Assembly (NCBI GenBank): GCA_051294375.1
Contig: CM119264.1
Coordinates: 10,358,576 to 10,422,575, forward strand
Origin: Paraspadella gotoi
Lineage: Eukaryota; Animalia; Chaetognatha
Direction of reading: 5' to 3'
DNA length: 64,000 nt
Made by a program: the position numbers and the translations under genes. The notes beneath the pieces were generated by a model, which was not told where the DNA came from, did no database searches, and saw nothing but the letters and a program-made list of their open reading frames with translations. Below are positions 17,691 to 31,347 of this stretch, one piece after another; position 1 is the stretch's first letter, and every line of letters begins with the position of its first letter.

Positions 17691-20600
17691 NNNNNNNNNN
17701 NNNNNNNNNNNNNNNNNNNNNNNNNNNNNNNNNNNNNNNNNNNNNNNNNNNNNNNNNNNNNNNNNNNNNNNNNNNNNNNNNNNNNNNNNNNNNNNNNNNN
17801 NNNNNNNNNNNNNNNNNNNNNNNNNNNNNNNNNNNNNNNNNNNNNNNNNNNNNNNNNNNNNNNNNNNNNNNNNNNNNNNNNNNNNNNNNNNNNNNNNNNN
17901 NNNNNNNNNNNNNNNNNNNNNNNNNNNNNNNNNNNNNNNNNNNNNNNNNNNNNNNNNNNNNNNNNNNNNNNNNNNNNNNNNNNNNNNNNNNNNNNNNNNN
18001 NNNNNNNNNNNNNNNNNNNNNNNNNNNNNNNNNNNNNNNNNNNNNNNNNNNNNNNNNNNNNNNNNNNNNNNNNNNCTCTCTCTCTCTCTCACTATCTCTC
18101 AATCTGTAACCCCGCTGCTAAATTGACGGGGAAATCAGAGATTAAACCCCTAAGCCCGTATTAGGTTGCGACGCATTTTAATGAAATAATCGCGTTTTTA
18201 TGAAACAGCAGGGAGGTCAAAGAATATCAATAGAGCTCGCCCCTTGGGGGAACGGGGGTCAGGTGGTTAATAATGCCACTCGGGGAAAAGGGTAGAATAG
18301 CTAGTTGTTTTTTTGTTTCCTCAGCCTGTAGGAACTGTTTAGTTTTCTTCGCAAAATGATTCATCTAAAAAAACCTTTAATTATTCATTCAAACCAATTT
18401 TTCTTTGGTATCATTTACATTCGCCCCAAGGCTACTTTACTTTCCCCGCGCCGAAGGACATCTCCGGATGAGGGAGAAAAGAAAAGGATATTAAAGAGAA
18501 GATTATAAAAAAAAAAGAAAAAAGGAAAAAGGAAGATAATGATAGGAAGAAAATTATAAAAAAGAAAGTAGGAAAATGAAAACAGAAGACGTTAGGCGGT
18601 ATTCTAATGACCGGGAAAACCACTGAGCTCATGAAATCTTTTTAAAAGTATTTAACTGGATTGTCATTTATTTAATTACAATAAAAAATTCTAGTAATTT
18701 TGGATTGGAGTTTAAACAATAGATCGCCCNNNNNNNNNNNNNNNNNNNNNNNNNNNNNNNNNNNNNNNNNNNNNNNNNNNNNNNNNNNNNNNNNNNNNNN
18801 NNNNNNNNNNNNNNNNNNNNNNNNNNNNNNNNNNNNNNNNNNNNNNNNNNNNNNNNNNNNNNNNNNNNNNNNNNNNNNNNNNNNNNNNNNNNNNNNNNNN
18901 NNNNNNNNNNNNNNNNNNNNNNNNNNNNNNNNNNCCGACGACGCAACCGGAGAAATTCCCGGAAAGGCGAGACGTGGCGCGATTTTGAAAGGAGATAATG
19001 AATTTGAAGAGGATGAGAAAAGAATAAAACATTGAGGCGAAAGACTGATGGTTTCCAGGATCGAGAGCGAGAGAGAGACCGAGGGAGAAAGAAAGAGAGA
19101 GAGAGAGAGAGAGAGAGNNNNNNNNNNNNNNNNNNNNNNNNNNNNNNNNNNNNNNNNNNNNNNNNNNNNNNNNNNNNNNNNNNNNNNNNNNNNNNNNNNN
19201 NNNNNNNNNNNNNNNNNNNNNNNNNNNNNNNNNNNNNNNNNNNNNNNNNNNNNNNNNNNNNNNNNNNNNNNNNNNNNNNNNNNNNNNNNNNNNNNNNNNN
19301 NNNNNNNNNNNNNNNNNNNNNNNNNNNNNNNNNNNNNNNNNNNNNNNTAGAGACAGACAGAGAAAGAGATCACGAAAACAGCCACACCCATCGGAGGTCG
19401 TTTGAGACGTCATGGCAGAAACATCGAGAGAGGGCAGTTTGATCGATTGCCAAAAAACAAATGAGGTTCAGCCCACATCGTCATGACTCTAGTCTCGCCT
19501 CGACCCGAGTCTATGGGGCCGAGGGCCACCGACGAGGCCCGCGGGTGGGCGGTGCCATTAACGTCGGCACCGCGGGAGGCGAACCCTTCGCCACTTTTTT
19601 CGATGCGGCGATGGCATCGTCCAGTATTGCGGCGAGGCGGCTGATGCGGAAGTTAGGGGTCCGGTTCTCCGGTGATTTGAAAAGGTCGCGTTTCTATCCT
19701 ATGCCTTCTTGTTGTTATTTTGTGAAGGAAAAGAAGAAAAGTGGTTCCCTCCTCAGTCCTCACCTTATCTCGCCTTACCCAGTCTCACATCTCAAACATT
19801 CTCATCTCTTCCTCGAGAGAACACTAAAGCTCTCGTCAAACAGGTCATCGAACCAAACGAGCGAAACCCGCAACCCCTCTGCCGCTACAAGACCGGTTAC
19901 ATCCGTAATTCCTCAACACCCCACTACCCACCCATCGTCGCCCACTCCCATCTCATAACGCCCACTCGCGCCCTTCTTCGCCTCCCGACGCCGCTCGGAG
20001 GCGCGACCCGGCAGTCGTCGTCTCCATTTCCGGTTTTGCGGCTCGAGTCTCTTCCTTCTAATAATATCTCGTATTTGTGTGCGAGCGCGTGCGTTTGCGT
20101 GTGAATGTGCGAGTCTTCAGACGCGCGAAGAAATACAATAACAAATCTAATTGCAAAGTTTGGGTGAGGTTTAATGTTTCGTTGTTGTTGTTGTTATTTT
20201 TGTTGTATTTNNNNNNNNNNNNNNNNNNNNNNNNNNNNNNNNNNNNNNNNATTTTTGTTCTATTTTTTTCGTTAGTGAGTTCTCCATATTTGAGATTTTT
20301 TTTTATTTCTTGCTCTTTCTGATCTTTCGTTATATATCTCCGAAGCGGTTCATCCTGATAAAAGCTTTAATGGGATTATAAATTGAGGGAGAAACCCATT
20401 TTTGTTCCAATAAGATTTGTTTAATAAGCGGATTTAAAATTTGATTTGATTTGATTTGTTTAATTAGCGGATTCAAAATTCGTTAATTACATGTCTGTAA
20501 AGAACTGAAGTCGTGAGGTGGCTATCGTTACATTCGCTACACCTTTCTGAACTAATTCTGCGCTATCAAAGTAGAGGAGATTCAAGGAAGAAGGCGCAGA

Positions 20601-21349
20601 AGAGACGATGGCCCGGTCCACTAGCTCAAGATGGCTGACGACAAAGCTCGGCAAAATGATCGTCGACGCGCAGCGGACGATCAGTTCGATGCGAAATCCA
20701 GGATTCCTGAAGCTAAAGGAGCCTTGAAGCTAAAGTTTAGAAATCTGGACAAAGGGAAAAACATTAATACATCACTCAAGTAAATATATATATAAATTTT
20801 AAGAAGATTCTCTTACTTTTTCTGAAAGCCAGAATTGTAAAATGGTTGCCTCTATCACAAAGAAAGTCCACCACATCCGCGATCACAAAAACTTATTATT
20901 AAAAAACGTTTTTCCGAGAATATCATATGCGAATCTGTAGAAAACTTATTAAAAGTAGCAAAACGGCAGTGGGACTAAGTGAAAGTCTGAAAGGCTACAC
21001 GTCGAAGAAATCAGGACTGAAGATTATCGAAACGGCGGCAACCAATCAGAGCCCTGCACGCACTGATCGGAAATTGTACTTAAGTCATATTTAAATAATA
21101 ATCCGAACTCAGGTGTCGCCTGTGATCGCCAGACGAAACGGAATATTGCCTTGCTTAGTAAGGGAAAAAGAACAGTTGGGGAAAAGGTAGAGAAGCTGGA
21201 ATTTCCCTCGAATATTATTGATTCATTATTCTTAACAATGTCCATAGGAGCAAAAATAATGTTCAATCACCTCATCTTTTCATCACCCCACCTAACGTAC
21301 ATATCCCCCTCTTTGTGTCTCTCTCCTCTCTTCTCTCCTCTCTCCTCTC

Positions 21350-21382
<33 letters not shown>

Positions 21383-24300
21383 TCTCTTTTCTTTTCCACC
21401 ATAGACTCTTATAAACATCCGTGTTGTCAAGATGGCTGACCCTTCAATCTCAACTCTGATTGATTGTCAACAACTGCAAGCGTTTTCGGCCACAATTCTC
21501 TTCCTGGTCAAGTCACGGTTGTCACTCTTTTCTTCTTCTCTTCTGTCTTTCTTTCTTTCTTTCTTTCTTTCNNNNNNNNNNNNNNNNNNNNNNNNNNNNN
21601 NNNNNNNNNNNNNNNNNNNNNNNNNNNNNNNNNNNNNNNNNNNNNNNNNNNNNNNNNNNNNNNNNNNNNNNNNNNNNNNNNNNNNNNNNNNNNNNNNNNN
21701 NNNNNNNNNNNNNNNNNNNNNNNNNNNNNNNNNNNNNNNNNNNNNNNNNNNNNNNTATTTCTTTCTTTCTCTCTTTCTTTCTTTGTATTTATATTTATTC
21801 GTCACTCTTTGTTGATTTTTTGTTGGCAAGAATGGGAGCTCCAACGAAATAGCTCTATCATTATTTGCAACCGTGAGGAGAGATGAAAAAAGTAACTGCG
21901 CTCTGGAGACAAGCGCGAAAATATTCAAAATTCTCTCTCTCTCTCNNNNNNNNNNNNNNNNNNNNNNNNNNNNNNNNNNNNNNNNNNNNNNNNNNNNNNN
22001 NNNNNNNNNNNNNNNNNNNNNNNNNNNNNNNNNNNNNNNNNNNNNNNNNNNNNNNNNNNNNNNNNNNNNNNNNNNNNNNNNNNNNNNNNNNNNNNNNNNN
22101 NNNNNNNNNNNNNNNNNNNNNNNNNNNNNNNNNNNNNNNNNNNNNNNNNNNNNNNNTATTCTCTCTAAAGAGATTTTCACGTTTCTCGGCGATACAGTAG
22201 AATTCAAAACACACTTCAAAGTTTTTATATTTTTAACAATACACACCTGCATCTAACCAACTTATTTTTTTTTCAAAAGACTATATATTTCCCTTCTTTC
22301 TCTTTTTTTTTCTATTTTCTACTTCCTTTCATTTCTTTCTCTATTTTCTTACATTTCATTCGCAACGGAAACCGTCAGCTTTTTTGAAATAATCAATCAC
22401 TTGCTCATTCCAACCGGTTTTTCCACTCCCCTCCTTTTCCCGCCTCCATATTTTTCTTTTGTTTTGACTCTTTTATTTTCCTTCTTTTTTTTTTAATCGA
22501 TCGGTCTGTTTTTCTTTTTCATCCCCGCGTTTGATTTTTCAATTTGGTCCTTTCTTTTTCTTTTTTTTTTCTTATTGTTTTTCTTATTTTTTATTTTCGT
22601 ATTTTTTTTTTAACTTTCTCTGCAACGCTTCCTGATATGAGGCACGCGAAATGTATGTATACTTACGAATTTTATATATAAATATATCTAACTAACACAA
22701 ACAATAAATNNNNNNNNNNNNNNNNNNNNNNNNNNNNNNNNNNNNNNNNNNNNNNNNNNNNNNNNNNNNNNNNNNNNNNNNNNNNNNNNNNNNNCAACCT
22801 AATACAAAGAAAGTTTTTTTCGATACTACAGTATTTGCGTTTGTTTCCGGTTGTGATTTTCATGTTTCTCGTTTTTCACCTGAGTCAACTTTGAGGAACC
22901 GAATGGCAAAGATAAGAAAAATGACTTGGGACCTCAGGTTTTAAGTTTTGAGTCGGATTCAAAATCTGTTATTGTTATCGTTTTTATAAAATAGAAATAA
23001 AATAAAACATGCATTCGAGTATGATCTTAATGTTTTTATCGTCTTTATGTACGGCAGAAACTTTAATGTTGATTAGAATTAGAATCCTTTGTTATTTGAC
23101 ATTTGACCTTTTTCTGATTTTTGATTTCTGTCGAAAATTGTGACCCAAATATTTGTGATACGTAGTACTACATTTGCGATTGGTGATTTGTGGCCGGACC
23201 AGTAGAAAGAATGACGCCGAAACGCTACCGTGTGAGGGTAAAGGTTGAAAGCGAAGAAGGAGAAATAACGGAAGGGNNNNNNNNNNNNNNNNNNNNNNNN
23301 NNNNNNNNNNNNNNNNNNNNNNNNNNNNNNNNNNNNNNNNNNNNNNNNNNNNNNNNNNNNNNNNNNNNNNNNNNNNNNNNNNNNNNNNNNNNNNNNNNNN
23401 NNNNNNNNNNNNNNNNNNNNNNNNNNNNNNNNNNNNNNNNNNNNNNNNNNNNNNNNNNNNNNNNNNNNNNNNNNNNNNNNNNNNNNNNNNNNNNNNNNNN
23501 NNNNNNNNNNNNNNNNNNNNNNNNNNNNNNNNNNNNNNNNNNNNNNNNNNNNNNNNNNNNNNNNAATAAAAGGAAGATCAGCGCGAAAAAGCGGAAAAAA
23601 TAGGAGGGAATAGAAAAAAATGTTTTGGTGAAATGGGGTGAGTGGAAAGGAGGAGACTAACAGTTGGGAATAGTATAACGATAGAAGGATAGATTAATAA
23701 TAATTAATAATGATTAATAACAGACTAGACAAAGTAGGAGCGGAATGACCGAAAGATAAATTAAAAATTAAGCGAAGAGAAGGGAGGAAAGAAAAGTTGG
23801 AAAGGAGAAGAAAAGGAATGAAGCAGAAGCGAGTGACGACAGGAAAGAATTGAGAAGCGAAGGAAAGGAAAGAAGCCAAGAAGGAGATGAGATGAGATAA
23901 GATGACATGAGATACGATGACATAAGATGCATGTCAGGCAAGACAGTAAAGGACGAGAAGCATGAGGGCGAGATTTTGGATGAGTTGAAAGTGAGATGAA
24001 AGAATATATATAAGAATATAAAAAGAATATATGACCTGATAGAGATCCTGAGTTTCTGAGAAAAAAAACCAAAACTATTGAGAGCGAATGTTAAATTTTT
24101 TATAATATATATAATATATATATATATATATAATATGAAAACTATGAGACAATTTGAGGTTCAAATTAAGATGAGCGAGTGAAAAATACGAGATGGGTGA
24201 AAGGGAGGGAGAGAAAAAAAAAGTTTTTTTTTGAGAAATGCTGATGCGAAAAATGGAGATCGAGCGGAGGAGGAGGAGGAGGAGGAGGAGGAAGAAGAAG

Positions 24301-24516
24301 ACGAGGATGACATGAAAAATAAGTCACGGAAAAAATTTATGAAAAAAAAATCTCGGTGATTAAAATCAACTTCATGAAAGTGCGGAGGAATTTTCCCTCT
24401 GCTTCGAAGGAAACTTTGAATTAGGATTATATTATCGCTGTTTTTATTTTAAAATATTACATGTGATAATGTGAGAAATAACATTATCATATAAACATTA
24501 TCTGCCTCTCTCTCTC

Positions 24517-24574
<58 letters not shown>

Positions 24575-24798
24575 CTGTCTTTGGCAGTTGGGGGATTCCT
24601 GCTCACGTAAAAGCTTTGAAAACAATAAAAGAAAACATATAAAAAATTATTCTGATCCACTTGTTTTTTTATATTTCTTTTTCCTTCTCCATCTCAATCA
24701 AGAATTCCGTCTCAAAACTCCACTTTTGTTATTTTCCAAGCGATTACATCAGAACCCTTCAGCAAATACAAAACATACAAAAGAGCAACGGGTTCAGG

Positions 24799-24907
<109 letters not shown>

Positions 24908-25800
24908 TCGACCCCCATCCTCGGAAAAAAAAGGAAGAAAAAAAAAGAAAGGATAAAAACGTTTTTTTTTAAATTGAAAAAGAAAGAGCGGGTTTCTGCA
25001 GCAAATGAGTTTTTGTTCGGGTTTTTCGTATTTTTCTTGTAGGCACTCATGTGACTCCAGCTCCGAAGGACGAAAAAAAAAACCCGGCTGTATTTATTTT
25101 CCTTTCTTCTTTTTTTTTTCTTTTTTCTTATTCTTTTTCGAGTCTGAAAAAAAAACTCTCAATCTTCACGTCCTTCGCATTCCCCGACTGGAGCGGAGTA
25201 AAGGACTCGTGGGGTAAGGTTCGTCGCTTCGCGCTCGGGTGAGGAATTGTCTCATTATCATCTAAGCAAAGTTGATAAAGGATTAACAATTTAGGAATAT
25301 GTTGGAATATGTAGGAAATGTAAGAATATAGGAAACAAATCGTATTGTAAACGGTCCTAGAGTTTAAATTCAATCCGACGAATTTTAAAATTAAAAGATT
25401 ATAAAATTAATTACTTTTGAAATTTCACAAATAAAAAACTTAAAATTGAAGAACACCTAATCGCACTTTATTGGCCGCTAAAAACTTCACTTTTGATATT
25501 GATATTAAAGTACGAAATACGTTTTCCAACAAATTTTAAGGGAAAAAAAATTGTTCGGCTCCTTTATTTCTAGGCGACGCCGGTATCGTCGTCGAGATCG
25601 TCTCTTCCTTTCCGGTTTACGCGGCGTCATCCGGCGCCACACGCGCGTTAATGGCGCCGTTTTTTCCACCGGAAGCCGTCGCGCTCGAACGACGCATGCG
25701 TGGTCGGGCCAACGATGTCGCCATAGTTCGCCACGTTTTTCGTTGTGGCGGGTTGCGAGACAAAGAATATATTCGTTTTCAAGGCGATTAAAGAACTACG

Positions 25801-25879
<79 letters not shown>

Positions 25880-26515
25880 GGCATTCAGTTCCCGACTCTT
25901 ATAACTTCCCCACCGTCTCACGGGATATCTTCCTCGTCCGCTTCTCCCCCTCCTCCTCCTCCCTTTCCCTTATTATCATCCTCTTCCTCTTCCTCCTCCT
26001 TTTCCTCTTATTTTTCGTTTTCGATAAAAATTAATTCATCGGAATCTTTTCCTCGTTGGCTCTGGGGAGAGACGGTAGTGAGAGGAAGAAAGGAAAAGAG
26101 AGAGGAAAGGGAGGAAGGAAAGGTGGGAGGAAGGGGAAGAAAGGAAAGGAGGGAGGAAGAGGAGAAATTAAAGAAGAAAAGAAAGAAAAATGGAAAGAAA
26201 ATGATATGTTTTATTCAAATCTACTTATGATACAGTTGTATTACAGTAAACAAGTACTTTAAACAAGAAATAATAAAGATTGAACTTGAAATAACAAACA
26301 TGAAATAATATTGGAGGAAAATGGGAGAGACAGAGACCTCTAGAATCGTGACATCAATGGCAAAAAGTGAATCAATTCGTTCAAATGTAATATTTACACT
26401 TGAAATGAAAAACATCCACTCATAATATGGAATAAATCTCTCTCCATCAAGAAAGTCATCATAAACATCAGACACGACGTGAAGGAATGTACGTTTAATA
26501 AGCTTTATGTTCTCT

Positions 26516-26593
<78 letters not shown>

Positions 26594-26783
26594 ATTATTA
26601 TATCAAAGACTCCGCAACTTTTAATCTTGTTTACCTCTACTTTGACACAGTCGAATAACATCACTATACTACGAAACTATGTTGAGCGTTTTCATGAAGT
26701 CGATACAGATATTTTTAAGATTTTCGCTTTTCCGGAAAATTAAAAACTTCACTCTCTTTATCATATTCCTAACATAAACCTTT

Positions 26784-26844
<61 letters not shown>

Positions 26845-28677
26845 CTTCTCTACACACAATGAATTCTCGATGAGATCTGAATCTATCCACGGCCTCACCG
26901 CCGCTTCGTTGTGCCGTGGGACGAGATAGCGGCGCCCTCTCTCTCGCTCAGACGGCATCGCCCGATTCCGCCCTTTCTCCATCTTCGCTTTATCCCTCTA
27001 CCCATTCCCGGCAGCCCGGAGCCAATGCAAACGAACCCTGTGCCCTACTGAATTCCGACCCTGTTCACTCCAGGGATCCCAAAGTAGGGATCCGTAACTC
27101 TCCCCATAAGCCGCGTTCTTAACCTTCTCCCGACCTTTTTTTTTCTCACCGAAACCTTTTACCCACTTTTTTTTTTCCTTTTCCATTTTTTTTTCGTTTT
27201 CTCGCAGAAACTTTTTGTCGCGTATTATAGTTTTATTTTTAAATGTTATACGTATTTCTATGTACATATTTTACTTTCTTTTTAATGTGATTCTCCTATC
27301 TACCTTTTCTTTCTTCGCAACTTTCTCGTCACTTTTCCTTTCATCTCCCGATTTCTTTAACCTAACCTTTTCCTTTTTTCTTTCCTCCCTTTTTTTTTCT
27401 CATCAAAGCCTTTTCCTCCTTTTCTCTTTTCTTCTTCCGAAAACCTTTCCACATATTCACTTCGTTCCTCTTCCGATTCACGTCACACGAAGGAAGCTTT
27501 TGTGAAAAGCGGCGAAGCTCTTCGCTCCAATCTTCCTCCGAGTCTTTCGTCTCCAATCTTTTCAACCAGTTCAACTCTTTCGACCTCCTCAACTCAGATC
27601 GTCTCTTCTTCTTCTCAACCTTTTCAAAGCTTCGATCTCAGTTCTATTCTTTTTTCGACTCTTCGTCTTCATTTTCTGACTCTCGATATCCTTCCCCTTT
27701 CTTCCACGTTCATCTCGACTCGATTCAAAGCTTCATCACTGAGATCGCGTCTTGAATTCGATTCGCTACAACCTTTGCCTTTGCCTCCCATCGACCGGAT
27801 TCTACGATTCACAACCAGGACGTTTTCAAACTTCTCTCTTCTCTCTTTTCCATCGCCGACCCACTTTTCTCTTCCCTCGATGCCCCTCCTCTCTTCCCTC
27901 CCCCCCTTTTCCTCTTTCCTCGCTTCCACAATGAAGCCATTGTGTCTTCACCGAGTGGAAATTTTTCGGCGCTCGTGGGATGCGCCGTGCGGTGAATCCG
28001 CGACGAAGCCGGCGTTCTCGTCGTCGTCGTCGTCGAATCTTTGAAACGAAAACCCGAAACATGGTCGCTATGGAAACGGAGAGAGCCGGTGCCGGAGCCG
28101 CCGCAGCCCCGCCGCGGCCCCGCCGCCAGTGCCGCCAGAAAAACCGCCGACGGGGAAAACAACGGATTCTTCGGCGTCTAAATAATTCAGAGGTAGAAAT
28201 CGAGTCTAGGATTTTTTCCGCTGTACGTCCGATACCACGATCCGTCCTTCTTCTTTTTATTCTTTTTTTTTTTTTATAATGTTGTGACGACGATCATATA
28301 TATGGAGGGAGAGTCTCCTTTGGAATTTCACGGAAACATCCAAGCAAAGAGAAAACGGAGATTTCCCGCAAGGCATACTGAAAATGAAACAGTAAACATT
28401 TCACGACCGCGATGATTAAAACTTTTATATTTATATGAATAATTTCGGTTTTGAAAGAAGACCTTATGTCAAATAATTTGACTCATACCGAGTAATTAAA
28501 TGCCACTAAACGTGGCTAAAATCAGGTCGTGAGAAGATGCAATTCCACAGTTGCTAGGTTTTGTTTGTAATGCAGCAGCGACACAGGGCGGAGCCCAAAG
28601 AGGTGAAATGGTGCAGTGGCAAAGAAAAATCGCCCCAAATGGCGAACGAAATGAAAATAGCTGGAGGATGGCGGAAA

Positions 28678-28732
<55 letters not shown>
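28678..28732 (+). repeat. (GTC)n trinucleotide microsatellite, ~18 units
   Basis: Uninterrupted tcgtcgtcg... run. One of many GAC/GTC tracts (also ~1799-1830, ~38000-38107, ~38666-38755). Confidence 0.95.
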
Positions 28733-30677
28733 CTTTGTCCAAGCAGTGAATTAATGACGAGAGTGGATTAAGTCGTCCGTTCGGAAAATGGACATGTTTA
28801 CATTTTTTATTGTGTTATGACGGAGGAGAGCTTCATACATTTCTGTAGAAATGACAAGATCTGGATTAAAAATGGAATGTATTTGACTGGTTAAATAATA
28901 TTATTTTGAGCATGACTGAGCACACGCAGATTAGTCTTAAGTTTTCTTTTTGCCTTACCGTTGGTGAAGTAGAATATCTCTATTTAAGTATTTTCTTATG
29001 TTTTAAATAACTACAATAACTAACATTTTTTTTTAGTTTGTGAGACTAAATTTTTTTTTATGCGTGCAAGAGAAGTCGGCAACGTAATCCATCCTCTTCT
29101 TTCTCGTGATCGTCATCTTTGTCGTCGTCTTATCTCTGCCTTCTTCATCGTCGTCGTCGTTGTCGTCGTCGTTTTGCCCGTCGGCGTCGTCTTCCTCGTG
29201 TTGACAGATGAGAAAAACGGGATATGATTAGTTTTTCTAAGAAAGAAAAAAAAAGGAAAGAAGCTCATCTTCTCACTCTATGAAGTCTCACGCTTTTTAT
29301 TTTATTTATCTTTTTAAGAAATCTGATGCGATTCCCTTTTTTTTTTCCTACAAAATCTGTCAAAGAGAGATTTGGAAATTTCCAACTTTCACAAGTTTCC
29401 TTCTCTCTTTTCTTTCACATTTTTTATATGTTATTCTTTTTTCTTTAAACCTTTTTTTTTCTTTTCATCTTTTATTCCAACCTATTTCCGATTTAATTTT
29501 TTTTTCTCTTTTCTTTTTCGTTTCGCTTTTTTTTTTATTTTCTGTTGCTTCGACTCGTTACTCTTGCAACTTTTCTCGGTGATTTATTTATACATTTTTG
29601 CAGCTTTTCGTTTCCGTAACTCGAATCGTTTCGAAAATTCGACGTTGTTTGTTTTTTGCCACTTTTTTGTTTATTTTCGTCCGTTTGGCTTTAAACGAGT
29701 GGATTTCAGCAAACTAAAAAATTTCCGTTTTCTACCTCATTTGTTTGAATAAAATCGAAACGAAATTGGATTTTTGACGTTGCGCGGTTGTGCTGGAAGC
29801 GGGGGGAAACTCTGGGTATTCTTCTCAATTCACAATTTAGTGAAAACACTTTTTACTTGTATATATTAATTGATAATTTTCTGGAACAAATGGTCGACTA
29901 AATGAAAGAGTTAGTGAATACTACACTCTTGTAACGATTTAAATTTAAATTTAATTCATTTAATTCGCGAACCACAAATTTTTTAATTAATTCACATTGA
30001 AAACGGGAAAAAAATACATAAAAATGTAGTAGTTTATACTTTATCACGAAACAATAGAACTCTTCGAATTAAATAGTTTTATTAAAATCAGTCGTAACTC
30101 TAGTACCTCCTTCACTCGGTTATACTTTTTTTTAACTCGACGATTCACAGTGAGACAATTCACTGGTCACTTCACTACTTTTTTATTTTGAGTTATTCAA
30201 CTTTCACACTCCCCAGTCGGATTTCACTTTTTCGTTCTTCACTTCATTCTCTCCTCAGCGTTTCCCCTTTTTCTTTCCTCCTTTCTCTCTCCCTTTCCTT
30301 TTTTCCTTTTTCACGGGTTATCCAACTGTGGAACTCCAATAAATCATTTCTTTATGACAACCGAAGCAAACCGGAGGGAAAGAGAGAGAGCAGAGAGAGA
30401 GAAGAGAGAGAGAGAGAGAGGATGAGAGAGAGAGGAGAGAGAGAGCAGGAGAGAGAGGAGAGAGAGAAAGTGGTAGGGAAAAGGAAAGAGAGGAGGTTTT
30501 CAAACCTGTGGATGGCGCTAATTTTAAAATGAGAATTTTTTCTTTTCTTTTTTAAAACATTTTTCCGGGGAAAATATATCAAGAAAAAATTGCCGTAACG
30601 CGAGGGGGAGAAAAAGTCAACTTTTATCTTAACGACTTCCATGAAATAGAGAGAGAGAGAGAGAGGAGAGAAGAGAG

Positions 30678-30733
<56 letters not shown>

Positions 30734-31219
30734 CGGCGTCTCTTGTATTCGAAGGTCATAGTTGTTGCACTCAGGACCTTTTTTCTCTCACAGAAGAAGA
30801 TGCTTCTTTCTCATTCACCATAGAAACCCGATCTTTATCTCGCATCGCCATCATCTTCGTCGTCATCGTCGTCGTCCTTTTCGTCGTCGTAGTTGTCGTC
30901 GTCGAAGATGGCGAAGATTTCCGGGTTATGGACGATGTCTTTTGGTCAAAGAATTTATTTTCTTTTTCTTCCCCCGAGATGGAGCGCGAGAAAAACAAAT
31001 AGGTCACAATCGAAAGAACGACGATGACGACGACGACGACGACGGACACGACGACGGCACATAGACGACCCTCTACCCAGTTGGGGTCAAAAACAAATCG
31101 AGTCCGTCAATCAAAGCAGCGAAGCAATAACATTATCGCTGAGAAACGACGTTAAAGAAAATAGAGTAGATGCAGATTGACTCAACGAATCTAAATGAAA
31201 ACAATGGACATAACGAAGA

Positions 31220-31301
31220 AACGAACGAACACGAACGAACGAACACGAACGAACGAACACGAACGAACTAACGAACGAACGAACGAACGAACGAACGAAC
31301 G
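31220..31301 (+). repeat. (ACGA)n tetranucleotide microsatellite just inside the 5' end of the putative intron
   Basis: acgaacgaac acgaacgaac gaacacgaac... read directly. Confidence 0.9.
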
Positions 31302-31347
31302 CATTTAACCAAACCCTTCTCCCCCAACCTCCCCATCTTTAACTCAC

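Noticed and set aside
19461-20104. GC-rich ORFs of 165 and 131 aa
   Set aside because: No domain similarity or supporting splice structure recognised.
27502-28177. Overlapping ORFs and a minus-strand acceptor at ~28178 as an intervening exon of the Ig gene
   Set aside because: Phase-1 reading stops after ~36 codons with no Ig features; other frames are low-complexity.
30771-31100. Short minus-strand ORF with a Val-rich TM-like stretch and Thr run
   Set aside because: No ATG before the hydrophobic part and no in-frame link to the upstream exon; explained by GTC/ACG repeats.
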